A stretch of DNA of 64,000 nt from an uncultured Clostridia bacterium (GCA_947625915.1 CANQPX010000002.1:40303-104302); one strand, 5' to 3'; counted from the stretch's first letter, positions 26,018-35,822 are shown. Translations and numbers: made by a program. Notes: generated by a model from the sequence alone, not told the origin.

Positions 26018-26890
26018 TTATTGCTTTGACGGCAAATCAGCCGCAGCAAAGTTCACATAATGTTTTGCCGCTATTCCCGAACGCACCGCCATTTCAACAT
26101 CTGATGCATAATTATCTCCGACGTGTACAATGCTTTTCCCGCTGTACTCGTCAGCGATCTTTTTAAACAATTCTCCTGTGTTTTTCCCGCAGGAATTATC
26201 ACATGAAACATACAATTTTTTATACCCGCCGTAACCGCATGAAAAAAGCAGTTCCTCCATTTTGTCATGCGGGATATACATATCCGAAACGATAATTATA
26301 TCTTTTTTGTTTTCACGCAGCAGCCCGAATACACGGGACATATATGCGTCCGCAAAACAATATTCTTTTTCGGTAAGTAATTCCGTTTCAGCTCCTTTTT
26401 GCGGATCAATGCCTGTTCTTTCCGAAATTATATCATAAATGTCATAAATATTCACTTCGCCGTGACCGCTTTCGGAAAGCTTTTTTTTCCTTGCTGTCCT
26501 TTCTGCGTCTATCCTGATCTTTTTGAAATTTTTTATGCCCAGCTTTTCCCCGACTATCGGGAAAATATCCGTTGGCGACTCAAACGGGCGCCGTATCAGC
26601 GTATCGAATATGTCAAATGATATTATGTCATACTTCATAAGTTCATTTTCAAAACTTTCAAAGCTTTCATTCTGTGTTTTTCCGGCAATATCGTATTTTA
26701 TAAGCGGAGTTGTTTTCCTCATCAAACGGTAATATATGTTCAGCCTTATAAGAAAAATAACACGCTTTATCTTTGAAAAACGATCTTTTTCTGAATGGGA
26801 ATTTGCATATTTCCTGTACTCATTATGTATCAAAGAATTTTTCTCTGCAAGGAAATAATACGCTTTATCCTTAAATTTTCCCATATCCAA
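26018..26890 (-). CDS. HAD-superfamily hydrolase
   Basis: 290-aa ORF with HAD motif I (ISFDIFDTLIRR) and motif IV (VHVGDNYASDV). Confidence 0.55.
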   Translation of the reverse strand: MDMGKFKDKAYYFLAEKNSLIHNEYRKYANSHSEKDRFSKIKRVIFLIRLNIYYRLMRKTTPLIKYDIAGKTQNESFESFENELMKYDIISFDIFDTLIRRPFESPTDIFPIVGEKLGIKNFKKIRIDAERTARKKKLSESGHGEVNIYDIYDIISERTGIDPQKGAETELLTEKEYCFADAYMSRVFGLLRENKKDIIIVSDMYIPHDKMEELLFSCGYGGYKKLYVSCDNSCGKNTGELFKKIADEYSGKSIVHVGDNYASDVEMAVRSGIAAKHYVNFAAADLPSKQ

Positions 26891-26901
26891 GACCCTTCTT
26901 T

Positions 26902-28170
26902 TTATTTTTTAAGCAGGAGCCTCAATATGTCCCAGCCTGCAATATTCGCTCTGTACCACCATCTTGTCCGCGTCGGCTTTGCGGCAATTATCCCATACAG
27001 CCATAAAGGTTTTGAACTTGCCTTGCTTTTTATATGAAAAATTTTTCTCATTACTCTGGGTACTATCAAATATTCTTTCAGTACGTCCTTCATCTCGCTG
27101 TCAGTCGGACTCAGATAATAACTTTCCGTCACATCATCACAGAACATGAACCGTCCGTACATTTCCGCTTCGTTATATTCCGGATATACCATCGCTCTTT
27201 TAAGGAGACCGTAACATTTTTTCAGCGAACTTCCGTGGTCGAAGTTCCCGTCATATGTCTCACTGTATTTTTCCGCATATTTCAGTACTCCCGCGTTTTG
27301 GTGCTCCGTAAGCAGCCGCATTTCATTATCCGGATATTCCGAAAGGATCGGAACATATTTCCCGTTATTGTACTTATATCCCATTGTCATGCCGTGCGGC
27401 GCGGAAAGCATACATTCAAACAGATTATTGTTGAACATTACCTTGCGCTTCATTCCCTTTTTACGGTCAAAGTAAAATGTAAGATATTCTCCGTCAGCTT
27501 CTTCCTTAGGCTCTGTATACATACCGAAATAGAAACCCACGATCCTGCCTTTATATCCCGCAGACTCCGCAAGTATCCTCAGCGAACGCTGCATCGTCCC
27601 CGTCCAGCCGCTGTCTGCCACCGCGATAACATCATCGTCAAGCAATTTTTCCTGTTTCAGATAATTTATTGCAGGCTCATACGCAGCCTCGGAATATTTT
27701 TTAATAAGTTCTATGTAAGTTTTATTTTCCCTGAGTTTTTCGGCAAAAGCATAGAATTCTCCATCGCTCAGAACGGCATTTTCATTCTCTGTCCCTGTCT
27801 GTCTGCATATTTCACCGACTTCCGCATCATCAAGACCCGCACGCTGCAAAACGCTTTTGGGCGTAAGGTAACACCCTTTCATCAGCAGCAGATCCAACGC
27901 TTCTTCGCCGATAAGGTGATATGACGGGATCCTTAAAGAATATCTTGAACAGCACAGATACCGACATTCTGTTTCCGGAAAATATCTTGAACACAGCATC
28001 TTTGCTATCCCGAAAAGCGTATATCCGTCACGGGCAAGAAAATACAATTTTTTTATCCCGCGCTTTTTTGCTTCCGTCAATATCCACATTGTATACTCAC
28101 ACATTATCGGACCTATTATATCGTAAGAATATTTATCCATAAGCGCAAGCAGTTTGTCTGTCTCCTGCAT
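26902..28170 (-). CDS. HAD-like protein of unknown function (COG5610-type)
   Basis: 422-aa ORF with LYFLARDGYTLF and VADSGWTGTMQRSL motifs. These are reminiscent of predicted HAD-like hydrolases encoded in polysaccharide loci. Weak, memory-based call. Confidence 0.35.
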   Translation of the reverse strand: MQETDKLLALMDKYSYDIIGPIMCEYTMWILTEAKKRGIKKLYFLARDGYTLFGIAKMLCSRYFPETECRYLCCSRYSLRIPSYHLIGEEALDLLLMKGCYLTPKSVLQRAGLDDAEVGEICRQTGTENENAVLSDGEFYAFAEKLRENKTYIELIKKYSEAAYEPAINYLKQEKLLDDDVIAVADSGWTGTMQRSLRILAESAGYKGRIVGFYFGMYTEPKEEADGEYLTFYFDRKKGMKRKVMFNNNLFECMLSAPHGMTMGYKYNNGKYVPILSEYPDNEMRLLTEHQNAGVLKYAEKYSETYDGNFDHGSSLKKCYGLLKRAMVYPEYNEAEMYGRFMFCDDVTESYYLSPTDSEMKDVLKEYLIVPRVMRKIFHIKSKASSKPLWLYGIIAAKPTRTRWWYRANIAGWDILRLLLKK

Positions 28171-28271
28171 TTCATCACTCCGTTATTTTTCTGTGATAAC
28201 GTTTTTTCTGCAATATGTTCGGAAGCTTATGCGGGATAACCCCCGCCGCCAACGGCTTTACCGTCACATTC

Positions 28272-29252
28272 TCATATCATGCCTATATGGTTTAGCATCG
28301 GAACTACCCCCGCGTGCAGAACGCCCGCGATATTTACCGCCAGAACTTTCGGCAAGGCTTTATATACCTTCACCGCAAGTTTTTTCCTTTTCGGTCGGCA
28401 GTCTTTTTTTAACGGGATCTCCGCCCAATCCGAAGCCGCTTTGTATTTCAGCCATTCTTCCGCAAACGGGTGCCTGCAATTTTCTTCCCAAGGTCTGAGC
28501 GACAAAAAACTTGTTGTAAAATGCACGATCGCGGGATCATTTTTTGATGCTTCTATGGTATTTTCGTCATAATATTTCCATGGTTTGCGGAAAGCCGTAA
28601 GATCCTTGTATGTAAAATCGTACATTGCCGTATAACAATTGTACTCCGGCGGCATCATCAGTGAAGCTTTGCCGAAAACGCCGTTTATTATTCCCTGATC
28701 CGCGTAAAGAACGTTATTATTATGTGTTTTTGAGAACTCGATAAATTTTTCCGAAGCGTTTTCCTCACGCCATTTCCCAAGATTTATCAGCAGCACTCCC
28801 GCGTTCATATAATTCCCGCCGCCTTCAAGTCCGACAGCTTTTATATGGGCTTTGCTCACGCAGTCGTTTACGCCTGCAAAAAAATAACCGCTTACATCTG
28901 TTCCATAAAAATCCTTCAGGCTTTTTAAGATCAGCGTATCGCAGTCAAGGTAAAGAATTTTTTCTATATCCCGCGGCAGGAACTTATCCAGATACAATCT
29001 TGAAAATGTTGACAGCGAACCTCTTCGCTGTTTCATATCCGGGTCAAGCATATTTTTTACATCGACAAAAAACATCTCCGCTTGATATTTTTCGGAAATT
29101 TTATTCAGTATAGCTTTATTTTCGCGGCTTATGCCCCCGTCCAGAATGTGAAAACGGATCTTTTCGCCTTTATTGTTATCCAGCAGTGAAAGTATGGATA
29201 TACCCATCATTTCGGCAAAATTATCATCGCTTGCGTATACTATTTCCATCAT
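28272..29252 (-). CDS. glycosyltransferase family 8
   Basis: 326-aa ORF with N-terminal IVYASDDNFAEMMGISILSL, a DxD region (LYLDCDTL) and later ADQGIIN. Confidence 0.8.
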   Translation of the reverse strand: MMEIVYASDDNFAEMMGISILSLLDNNKGEKIRFHILDGGISRENKAILNKISEKYQAEMFFVDVKNMLDPDMKQRRGSLSTFSRLYLDKFLPRDIEKILYLDCDTLILKSLKDFYGTDVSGYFFAGVNDCVSKAHIKAVGLEGGGNYMNAGVLLINLGKWREENASEKFIEFSKTHNNNVLYADQGIINGVFGKASLMMPPEYNCYTAMYDFTYKDLTAFRKPWKYYDENTIEASKNDPAIVHFTTSFLSLRPWEENCRHPFAEEWLKYKAASDWAEIPLKKDCRPKRKKLAVKVYKALPKVLAVNIAGVLHAGVVPMLNHIGMI

Positions 29253-30028
29253 ACTGCCCCCTTCCCGAACAGTACAGCCGTAACGGTCTTGAAAATGATC
29301 TTTATATCGAAGATCACAGATCTGTTTTTTATGTAATACAGTTCCATTTTCTGGCGCTTTCCTGTTTCATAGCCTGCGTTATTTCTTGCATAAGCCTGCC
29401 AGTAGCCCGTAAGTCCGGGCTTTACCGACAGCAGAAGTTTCTGTTCTTCCGGAGTATAATTTTCTTCCAGTTCGCAGCGGAGTATCGGTCTCGGACCGAC
29501 AACGGACATATTGCCTTTTATCAGTATGTTGTAAATTATCTGCGGTATCTCATCTATGCTCATTCTTCTCAGTATCGCGCCGAAGCATGATGCACCGTCG
29601 CCCGCTTTTTTATAACCTATAAGTCTCGGATCGTCCCTTAACTTGTACTCTTTTTTATATTCGGCAAGCTGCTTCGGATCCAGTGAATTTTCCAGATCGT
29701 CCGCGCCTTCCTTCATGCAGCGGAACTTCAATACACCTATCTCTCGGAAATCCTTCCCCAATCTTTTGTGCATAAAGAACGGATTTCCCGGGTCTTTTAT
29801 GACTATCATCACCGATACTATCAGTACCGGCAGCAGCAATATTATGCTTGCCGCAAGACAAGAAACTATGTCGAAACATCTTTTGAAAAAATCATATACC
29901 GGCTTCTGAGGAACAACAACTTCCTCTTCGGTTTTCGGTTTTTCAACTCCTACAGCAGCCGCGTCGGCAGTTTCTATCAAAGTCATTTTCCTCACCGCTT
30001 TCGATATTTCAATACTCAAATAAAACAA
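29249..30028 (-). CDS. undecaprenyl-phosphate sugar phosphotransferase (bacterial sugar transferase family)
   Basis: ORF with FKRCFDIVSCL, a TM helix, KFRCM and PGLTGYWQ motifs. The likely start is the internal Met at 29986 (MTLIETAD). Confidence 0.85.
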   Translation of the reverse strand: MFYLSIEISKAVRKMTLIETADAAAVGVEKPKTEEEVVVPQKPVYDFFKRCFDIVSCLAASIILLLPVLIVSVMIVIKDPGNPFFMHKRLGKDFREIGVLKFRCMKEGADDLENSLDPKQLAEYKKEYKLRDDPRLIGYKKAGDGASCFGAILRRMSIDEIPQIIYNILIKGNMSVVGPRPILRCELEENYTPEEQKLLLSVKPGLTGYWQAYARNNAGYETGKRQKMELYYIKNRSVIFDIKIIFKTVTAVLFGKGAV

Positions 30029-30076
30029 ACGGTTACGAAATACACCTTTGCATGAAAAGTGTATTTCGTAACCGTT
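30015..30076 (-). terminator. rho-independent terminator
   Basis: Perfect 18-bp stem AACGGTTACGAAATACAC/GTGTATTTCGTAACCGTT (30028..30076), followed on the minus strand by TGTTTTATTT. Confidence 0.7.
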
Positions 30077-30121
30077 CAGGCAGCCGCGAACGGTGCCTGA
30101 ACGATATGGATCGGGTGAAAA

Positions 30122-30736
30122 TTACTTGATCTCGTAAGTTCCGCCCTTTGTAACTGTGATCACAGGCTTGTTGTTTTCGTTGATCTCAACTGTATCTGCA
30201 ACGACTTCACCGTCGCAATATACGGAACAAGTCTTGAGCTTTGCAACAGTCATCTTGCAGTTCTTAACAGTTACCTTAACTTCGCAACCGAAATCGCTGC
30301 TTGATTTGAAATCAACAACACTTCTGGTCTTAGAACCGTAAACCTTCATAGAAAGGTCTACCTTTCTTGCCTTAGTGATAGTTGCGGGATCGATCTCAAC
30401 TTCAGCTTCTTTAGAAGTGATCTTGAGAACAGCTCCTTCAGCCTTAAGTTCCTTCAGAGCAGAAGGCTTGATAGAGAAATTTCTGTCCAAGGTATCAACT
30501 TCAACAACTGCTGCCTTTGTGCCATCCTCAGCAGTAGTAGGATTTGTGATGGCATCATCAAGCTTTGCGCTTACGGCTGCATCATCTTCTGTGGATCCTG
30601 CGGATTCTGTAGAACTTGAAGATACTGCAGGAGCAGTAACTGTGTCGCCGTAATCAGCAGCATAAGCTGTAGCAGCAAGAGCAGCTGTCATCATAAGAGC
30701 AACCGCTGCAGTGATCACTTTTTTCATCTTCTTCAT
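30122..30736 (-). CDS. secreted hypothetical protein
   Basis: 204-aa ORF. Signal peptide (AALAATAYA|AD), an S/T/A-rich linker, then a beta-rich C-terminal domain. No family recognised. Confidence 0.45.
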   Translation of the reverse strand: MKKMKKVITAAVALMMTAALAATAYAADYGDTVTAPAVSSSSTESAGSTEDDAAVSAKLDDAITNPTTAEDGTKAAVVEVDTLDRNFSIKPSALKELKAEGAVLKITSKEAEVEIDPATITKARKVDLSMKVYGSKTRSVVDFKSSSDFGCEVKVTVKNCKMTVAKLKTCSVYCDGEVVADTVEINENNKPVITVTKGGTYEIK

Positions 30737-30776
30737 GGTGGAGGTCCTCCTTTCTTTTTATATTTATAATTATCAC

Positions 30777-31283
30777 TTAAAAGAAAGTGTAATTACCGTC
30801 TTTTACTTTTTCGGGGCAGAACTTTCCGCTGAAAAATATGAGCGTACAAAGGACTGCCATGACGATCGCCAGCATCAGAGAAGGCATACCGATAATTTCC
30901 GCCGGCTTAACGAATATCAGTGAAAAGAATTCCGACAAAAGGTAGAGCGTCACACTCATGCGGCAGAATTCCGGACCGTTGTCCGATAAAAACATTATCA
31001 GCTGCGGCAGCAGCCAGAACACCGCCGAAAATATCTCAAATCCAAGTTTATTTTTTATTCCGCTGTAGAAGGAATACCATAACCATACCGCAGCGCACAC
31101 CAGCATAAGCACCGTTCTGTACACCGCCGTAAAAGTCTGCGGCATATAATTTTCAAAGCATATCGTTCCTGCCGCGAACGTAATTATAAAGGATATAAAC
31201 ATACTTTCACACAGGCTGTATTCTTTTTTTCCCGTTTTTCCCGCCTGCTGAGATGTTTTTTCATCGTAACCGTGTTCACACAT
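30777..31283 (-). CDS. hypothetical polytopic membrane protein
   Basis: 168-aa ORF with about 5 hydrophobic segments, inside the polysaccharide locus. Confidence 0.4.
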   Translation of the reverse strand: MCEHGYDEKTSQQAGKTGKKEYSLCESMFISFIITFAAGTICFENYMPQTFTAVYRTVLMLVCAAVWLWYSFYSGIKNKLGFEIFSAVFWLLPQLIMFLSDNGPEFCRMSVTLYLLSEFFSLIFVKPAEIIGMPSLMLAIVMAVLCTLIFFSGKFCPEKVKDGNYTFF

Positions 31284-31318
31284 ATCTGATCTCCCGAAAG
31301 AAGTAAGATCTTACCGCA

Positions 31319-32932
31319 TCAGCGGTTAAGGATCTCACGAATCGTATCTCCATCTATTTCAATCTTGCCGTTCGGACCCGCTGTAACAACATACGGCTCT
31401 ACGGATCCGCCGTTCCCGCCGCCCTGACTGCTGCTGCCGCCGCTGCCGCCGGAACTTCCGCCGTTCTGTCCCATGCTGTCTGCACCGCCTGCGCTGTTTC
31501 CGCCGCCGTTGTTCCCGCCTGCGTCTCCGCCGCCATTTCCGCCGTTTCCTGACGAGCCGCCGGAATTGTTTCCGCCAACGCTGTTTCCGCTGCCGCTGCC
31601 GCCGCCATTTCCGCCGCCCTGACTGCTGCTGCCGCCGTTGCCGCCGGAACTTCCGCCGTCCTGACCTTCGCTGTCCCAATTTTCATCGTCCCAACCTTCA
31701 TCGTCCCAACCTTCGTCATCCCAATTTTCGTAGTCCCATTCGTCCTCGTCCCAATCTTCGCCGTCGTCGGGATATCCGTTATTAAAACTGTCTGCAATAT
31801 CAAGGCTGTATACTTCTTCGGGTCTGTTTATTCTTGAAGCATACGGGACAACTCCGTTATAGTTGCCTATCAGGAGCATGAAGTAAAATCCCGCGCAGTA
31901 AAGCGAAAGTGCAGACATTGCTGCGATCCCGTATTTTTTCCCGAGAGCGCGGTCCTTCTTGAAAAACTTATCTTCAAAAAATTCTTTTACCGCTTGTACA
32001 ACGTCGGGAGCCATGAAAATTATCGGCGCTATACAAACTATTATCGCAAATCTTGAAAGCACCGCATGGCGCATACCTGTCGCTTCAAACACGACCATGT
32101 ACATCGCGCAGTTTATATAGACCTTATTCTTCGGGTTTATCTCCATCAGCCGTTCCCTGAAGATGAAGCACAGCGCGAACGCCAGCCCGAACATTATCGT
32201 GAACTTCGGAGACAGCCCTACGATCACTTCTCTGTTTGTAGAGATGTCATACACATTATACATATAGAAGGTATCCGCCGCCCACGTTATGAATGTCCTT
32301 GAGAAAATGCAGAATATGACCGTCAGACCTGCAATAACGCCGAGGTATATATAACCGGGCTTTATCTGTAAAAGCCAGAACAGCGGTATCATTATCAGAG
32401 CCGACCAGTGGAAAAGCGACGCGGCAAGTATCATTACGAAAAATCTTGCGGAAAACTTTCTGTCCGCATATTTCAGCGCATATGTTACTATAAGCGCGGC
32501 AATGACCTGCCTTATGAAACACAGCGAATTAAAGAACAGACCCATGCAGAGGTATGCGGTAACGCTTATCCACGGGCATGAGGAATTCTTATATATCAGG
32601 AAAAACACAGCCGAATATATTATCAGCGATGTATAGATGAATACTGTATAATAACTTTCAAATTCGATCCCCAGCACATACAGCGGCATAAGGAAACCTT
32701 TTTCCATTTTAAGCTGCGATATCTCGTCCGGGTACATGAACGCGATGTTGTAATATGTACCGCCGTAGAGGCTGAAATCATAACCGACCTGATATCTTAC
32801 CGCGGATATGAACATAAAGACCGCAGCCGCAGCGCAGCAGTAGATAAGCCTGCCCGACCTTCCGCACTTTTCGCTGCAAAGCGGTATACCCACAAGGACG
32901 GTACCTATAAGTAAAAAGATATAAACTCCCAT
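31319..32932 (-). CDS. EpsG-family polysaccharide polymerase-like membrane protein with a long low-complexity tail
   Basis: 537-aa ORF. The N-terminal ~390 aa are polytopic with the EpsG-like RYQVGYDFSLY motif. The C-terminal ~150 aa are acidic Trp repeats plus G/S/N repeats. Confidence 0.65.
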   Translation of the reverse strand: MGVYIFLLIGTVLVGIPLCSEKCGRSGRLIYCCAAAAVFMFISAVRYQVGYDFSLYGGTYYNIAFMYPDEISQLKMEKGFLMPLYVLGIEFESYYTVFIYTSLIIYSAVFFLIYKNSSCPWISVTAYLCMGLFFNSLCFIRQVIAALIVTYALKYADRKFSARFFVMILAASLFHWSALIMIPLFWLLQIKPGYIYLGVIAGLTVIFCIFSRTFITWAADTFYMYNVYDISTNREVIVGLSPKFTIMFGLAFALCFIFRERLMEINPKNKVYINCAMYMVVFEATGMRHAVLSRFAIIVCIAPIIFMAPDVVQAVKEFFEDKFFKKDRALGKKYGIAAMSALSLYCAGFYFMLLIGNYNGVVPYASRINRPEEVYSLDIADSFNNGYPDDGEDWDEDEWDYENWDDEGWDDEGWDDENWDSEGQDGGSSGGNGGSSSQGGGNGGGSGSGNSVGGNNSGGSSGNGGNGGGDAGGNNGGGNSAGGADSMGQNGGSSGGSGGSSSQGGGNGGSVEPYVVTAGPNGKIEIDGDTIREILNR

Positions 32933-33262
32933 ATGCGCTCCTTATACCGATCCGCTGTATGGGATCGTCGTCCGTTCACGGATTTGAATTCCAAAAAATC
33001 CCTTATCGATTTTGAAACTGTAAAAAAGTATTTAACAACTTATTATTCCGTGAAAATACCCTAAAATGGTTGTATCATATTATACAACATTTTCGATCAA
33101 AAGTCAATAGCAAAATGGCTAAGAAACAAATATTTTTAAATATGATTTTTAGCTGTTCAGACAATCAAAAAGCAATTATTTTCACATAATGGGCATATTT
33201 GCCGACATTTTTACATTTAATTCCTGCAAGTGAAAGGATAAATGCCTGCGGACAGCCCCTTT

Positions 33263-33295
33263 TTGACAGAATATGCAAAGGATCTCATGTATAAT
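33263..33295 (+). promoter_or_regulatory. spoIIE promoter candidate with a 21-nt spacer
   Basis: TTGACA (33263..33268), a 21-nt spacer, then TATAAT (33290..33295). Lies 46 nt upstream of the spoIIE ATG. Confidence 0.5.
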
Positions 33296-33340
33296 TATCC
33301 TGCAATTAAAGCTGATGAGCCGAAAGGGGCATAAAAGATC

Positions 33341-35644
33341 ATGGAATTAAAAGAAAGATCAAGCATTTTAAAAGAAAAGACGGACAAAAGCAGATCTGCG
33401 GGAAAATTCCCCCTTCCTGCGGAAATTTTCCTTTCCGCACTGCTGGGATATTTTGCCGCAGGAACGGATCTCGGTGGCAGCGGCGCGCCTTTTTGCGCGG
33501 CAGCGGCAGCAGTACTTCCGCCCATAGGCGGTATCGCCGCGTTTGCGGGAACAATGTCCGCGCTGCTGCTGAAAAAAACGATAAATTCTTTCGTCACGGA
33601 AATAATAGCAATGCCTGCGATAGTGACAGCAAAAATCCTGCTTACTTACATATCGGGCAAAAAACATTCTCCCGTCATGTCAGCCGTGCTTTCAGGCGCG
33701 GCATATCTTATATGCGGCATAATAACGGTCATTTCCTTCGGCTCGGGATATGCGCCGATACCCGCAGTTATTTTCCGCAGCATGATATCCGCCGCAGCCG
33801 CTTTCCTGACGGAAAAAACATTTTCCGCCGCAAAGAACGGGACGGTATTTTCCCACGGGAACAGGATCTCGCTTTCGGCGGTATTCGTAATGGCGCTTTG
33901 TATGCTTTGCGGCATAAATATCGGCTCCATGGATCTCGGGCGCACCGCGGGAGCGTTCATTTCACTTGCGGCGGCATACAGATACGGCAGCGGTGCGGCA
34001 GGAACGGCTGCCGCGCTGACGGCTTTCGCGTCGGGAATAGCCTCGAGAACTCTTCTGCCGCCGTCGCCGATAATGATATGTTCGGCAATGGCGGCGGGGA
34101 TCCCCGACAAAGGCGGGAAACTTTCCCATGCGCTGGTATTTGTGGGCTTCGGGCTTTCGGGAACGCTCATGTACGGCATACCTTCCGATGCGGCGGAACT
34201 TCTTGCCGACATGACGGCGGCAGCGGTGATATTCTGCGTACTGCCGGAGAAAATATACCGGAAAGCCTTTGCGGAAGAACTTAAACACCATGCCCCTGTT
34301 TCCGTACCGATAACACTTTTCGGTGAAAAACTCAGATTTGCTGCCGCCGCAGTCTCGGAAATAAAGGAAAGCTACGAAAAAGCGGCGGAAGTCCTTGCGG
34401 AAAAAGAACGTCCCGCCGACATTTCCCGTGACGTATGCGAAAAAGTATGCTCCCGCTGCAAAAGCAGCGCATTCTGCGGCGAAAATGCGGAACATCGCAT
34501 CGAGAACTATTTCCGACCAATGGAGACCGTAACGGACAAAAACGGCATACTTACCGAAAAAGAACTCCATCATGCCCTCGGTCACTGTCCGCACAAACAG
34601 GCGCTGACAGAAGCTTTCAACTCCGCATACGGCAAAATGCTCATGGAAAAACGTTTGGCGGATATGTCCGCATCAATGCGGGAAATAACTTCCGAACATC
34701 TTGAAGGAACGGAAAAAATGCTTTCTTTCCTTGGCGGCAGAACGGATATCTTCCCTTTCTGCGACGAAAGAGTTTCCGTCCGCATAAACGGGATAATTTC
34801 CGACGCGGGCGCAAAAGATCCCCATTCCGCATTATTCTCCGACCGTGCGGGAAGAGTATACATAGAATGTTTTTATGAGGGAATGTTAAATGTGAGCCAT
34901 GAGGAACTTACGGAAATGTTTTCCCGTGCTGCCGACAGGGAACTTGCCATGCCCGCAGCCGCCGTTTTCGGCGGCATAACGCGGCTATGTTTCCATGAGC
35001 AGGAATGTTTTTCCGCCGAAATAGGCTCCGCCGCCGCAAACGGCAGGGAAGAAACAGGCGGCGACTTCGGAACTGTCTTTCATGACGGTCTCGGCAGCGT
35101 TAGCATAATACTTTCCGACGGAATGGGCAGCGGTGCCCGCGCTGCGGTGGAAAGCTGCATGACCGTATCGGTGATCGCAAGAATGATAAAAGCGGGGCTC
35201 GGCGCAGAAGCAGCCGTAAAGATCACCAATCTCCTGCTTCTGACAAAATCTCCCGAAGAATGTTTTTCTACCATAGATCTGCTGACCATAGATCTTTTTA
35301 CGGGCAGCGCGGAACTCATCAAACTCGGCGCGGCGCAAAGCTTTGTCAAGAGCTGCGGAACGGTCAAGACCGTTGAGAGCCGCACCGCTCCCGTGGGAAT
35401 GATAAGTCCCGCCGAGATAGACCGCAGAACGTTCCGTCTTTCGGACGGGGACGAAGTGGTGATGATAACGGACGGCATCTGCGAAGAATGTTTCCCGAGG
35501 ATAAGGGAACTTATGCTCAGCATGGGAGTCACAGCCCGCGACTGCGCCGAAAGGATAATTTCCGCCGCAGAGGACGGAAAAGAAAACAATATTTTCATGC
35601 AGGACGACAAGACCGTTTACGCCGTCAAACTGCACAAAATATGA
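33341..35644 (+). CDS. spoIIE: stage II sporulation protein E (PP2C phosphatase)
   Basis: 767-aa ORF with about 10 N-terminal TM segments, a central regulatory region and a C-terminal PP2C domain (GGDFGTV...LSDGMGSG...ITDGI). Confidence 0.8.
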   Translation: MELKERSSILKEKTDKSRSAGKFPLPAEIFLSALLGYFAAGTDLGGSGAPFCAAAAAVLPPIGGIAAFAGTMSALLLKKTINSFVTEIIAMPAIVTAKILLTYISGKKHSPVMSAVLSGAAYLICGIITVISFGSGYAPIPAVIFRSMISAAAAFLTEKTFSAAKNGTVFSHGNRISLSAVFVMALCMLCGINIGSMDLGRTAGAFISLAAAYRYGSGAAGTAAALTAFASGIASRTLLPPSPIMICSAMAAGIPDKGGKLSHALVFVGFGLSGTLMYGIPSDAAELLADMTAAAVIFCVLPEKIYRKAFAEELKHHAPVSVPITLFGEKLRFAAAAVSEIKESYEKAAEVLAEKERPADISRDVCEKVCSRCKSSAFCGENAEHRIENYFRPMETVTDKNGILTEKELHHALGHCPHKQALTEAFNSAYGKMLMEKRLADMSASMREITSEHLEGTEKMLSFLGGRTDIFPFCDERVSVRINGIISDAGAKDPHSALFSDRAGRVYIECFYEGMLNVSHEELTEMFSRAADRELAMPAAAVFGGITRLCFHEQECFSAEIGSAAANGREETGGDFGTVFHDGLGSVSIILSDGMGSGARAAVESCMTVSVIARMIKAGLGAEAAVKITNLLLLTKSPEECFSTIDLLTIDLFTGSAELIKLGAAQSFVKSCGTVKTVESRTAPVGMISPAEIDRRTFRLSDGDEVVMITDGICEECFPRIRELMLSMGVTARDCAERIISAAEDGKENNIFMQDDKTVYAVKLHKI

Positions 35645-35822
35645 ACGATGCCGCCAAGGCAAAAGTGTAAACTCTGCACATTTTTATGTGAAATTATTAC
35701 AGTATTCCCGATTTTGTGAAAATTTTCAATTTTTTTGGCGGTCGTAAAGGAAATTTTGTGTAAAAAATGCACAATTTAAAGGTGGGTTTTACGTCAATAT
35801 TGTAAAACTTTACTAAAAAGGC

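Noticed and set aside
31359-31803. Alternative-frame ORFs 31359..31679 (Arg/Gln-rich) and 31399..31803 (Ala/Thr-rich) overlap the EpsG tail.
   Set aside because: They are products of reading the GC-rich repetitive tail DNA in other frames. The EpsG frame is continuous with the membrane domain.
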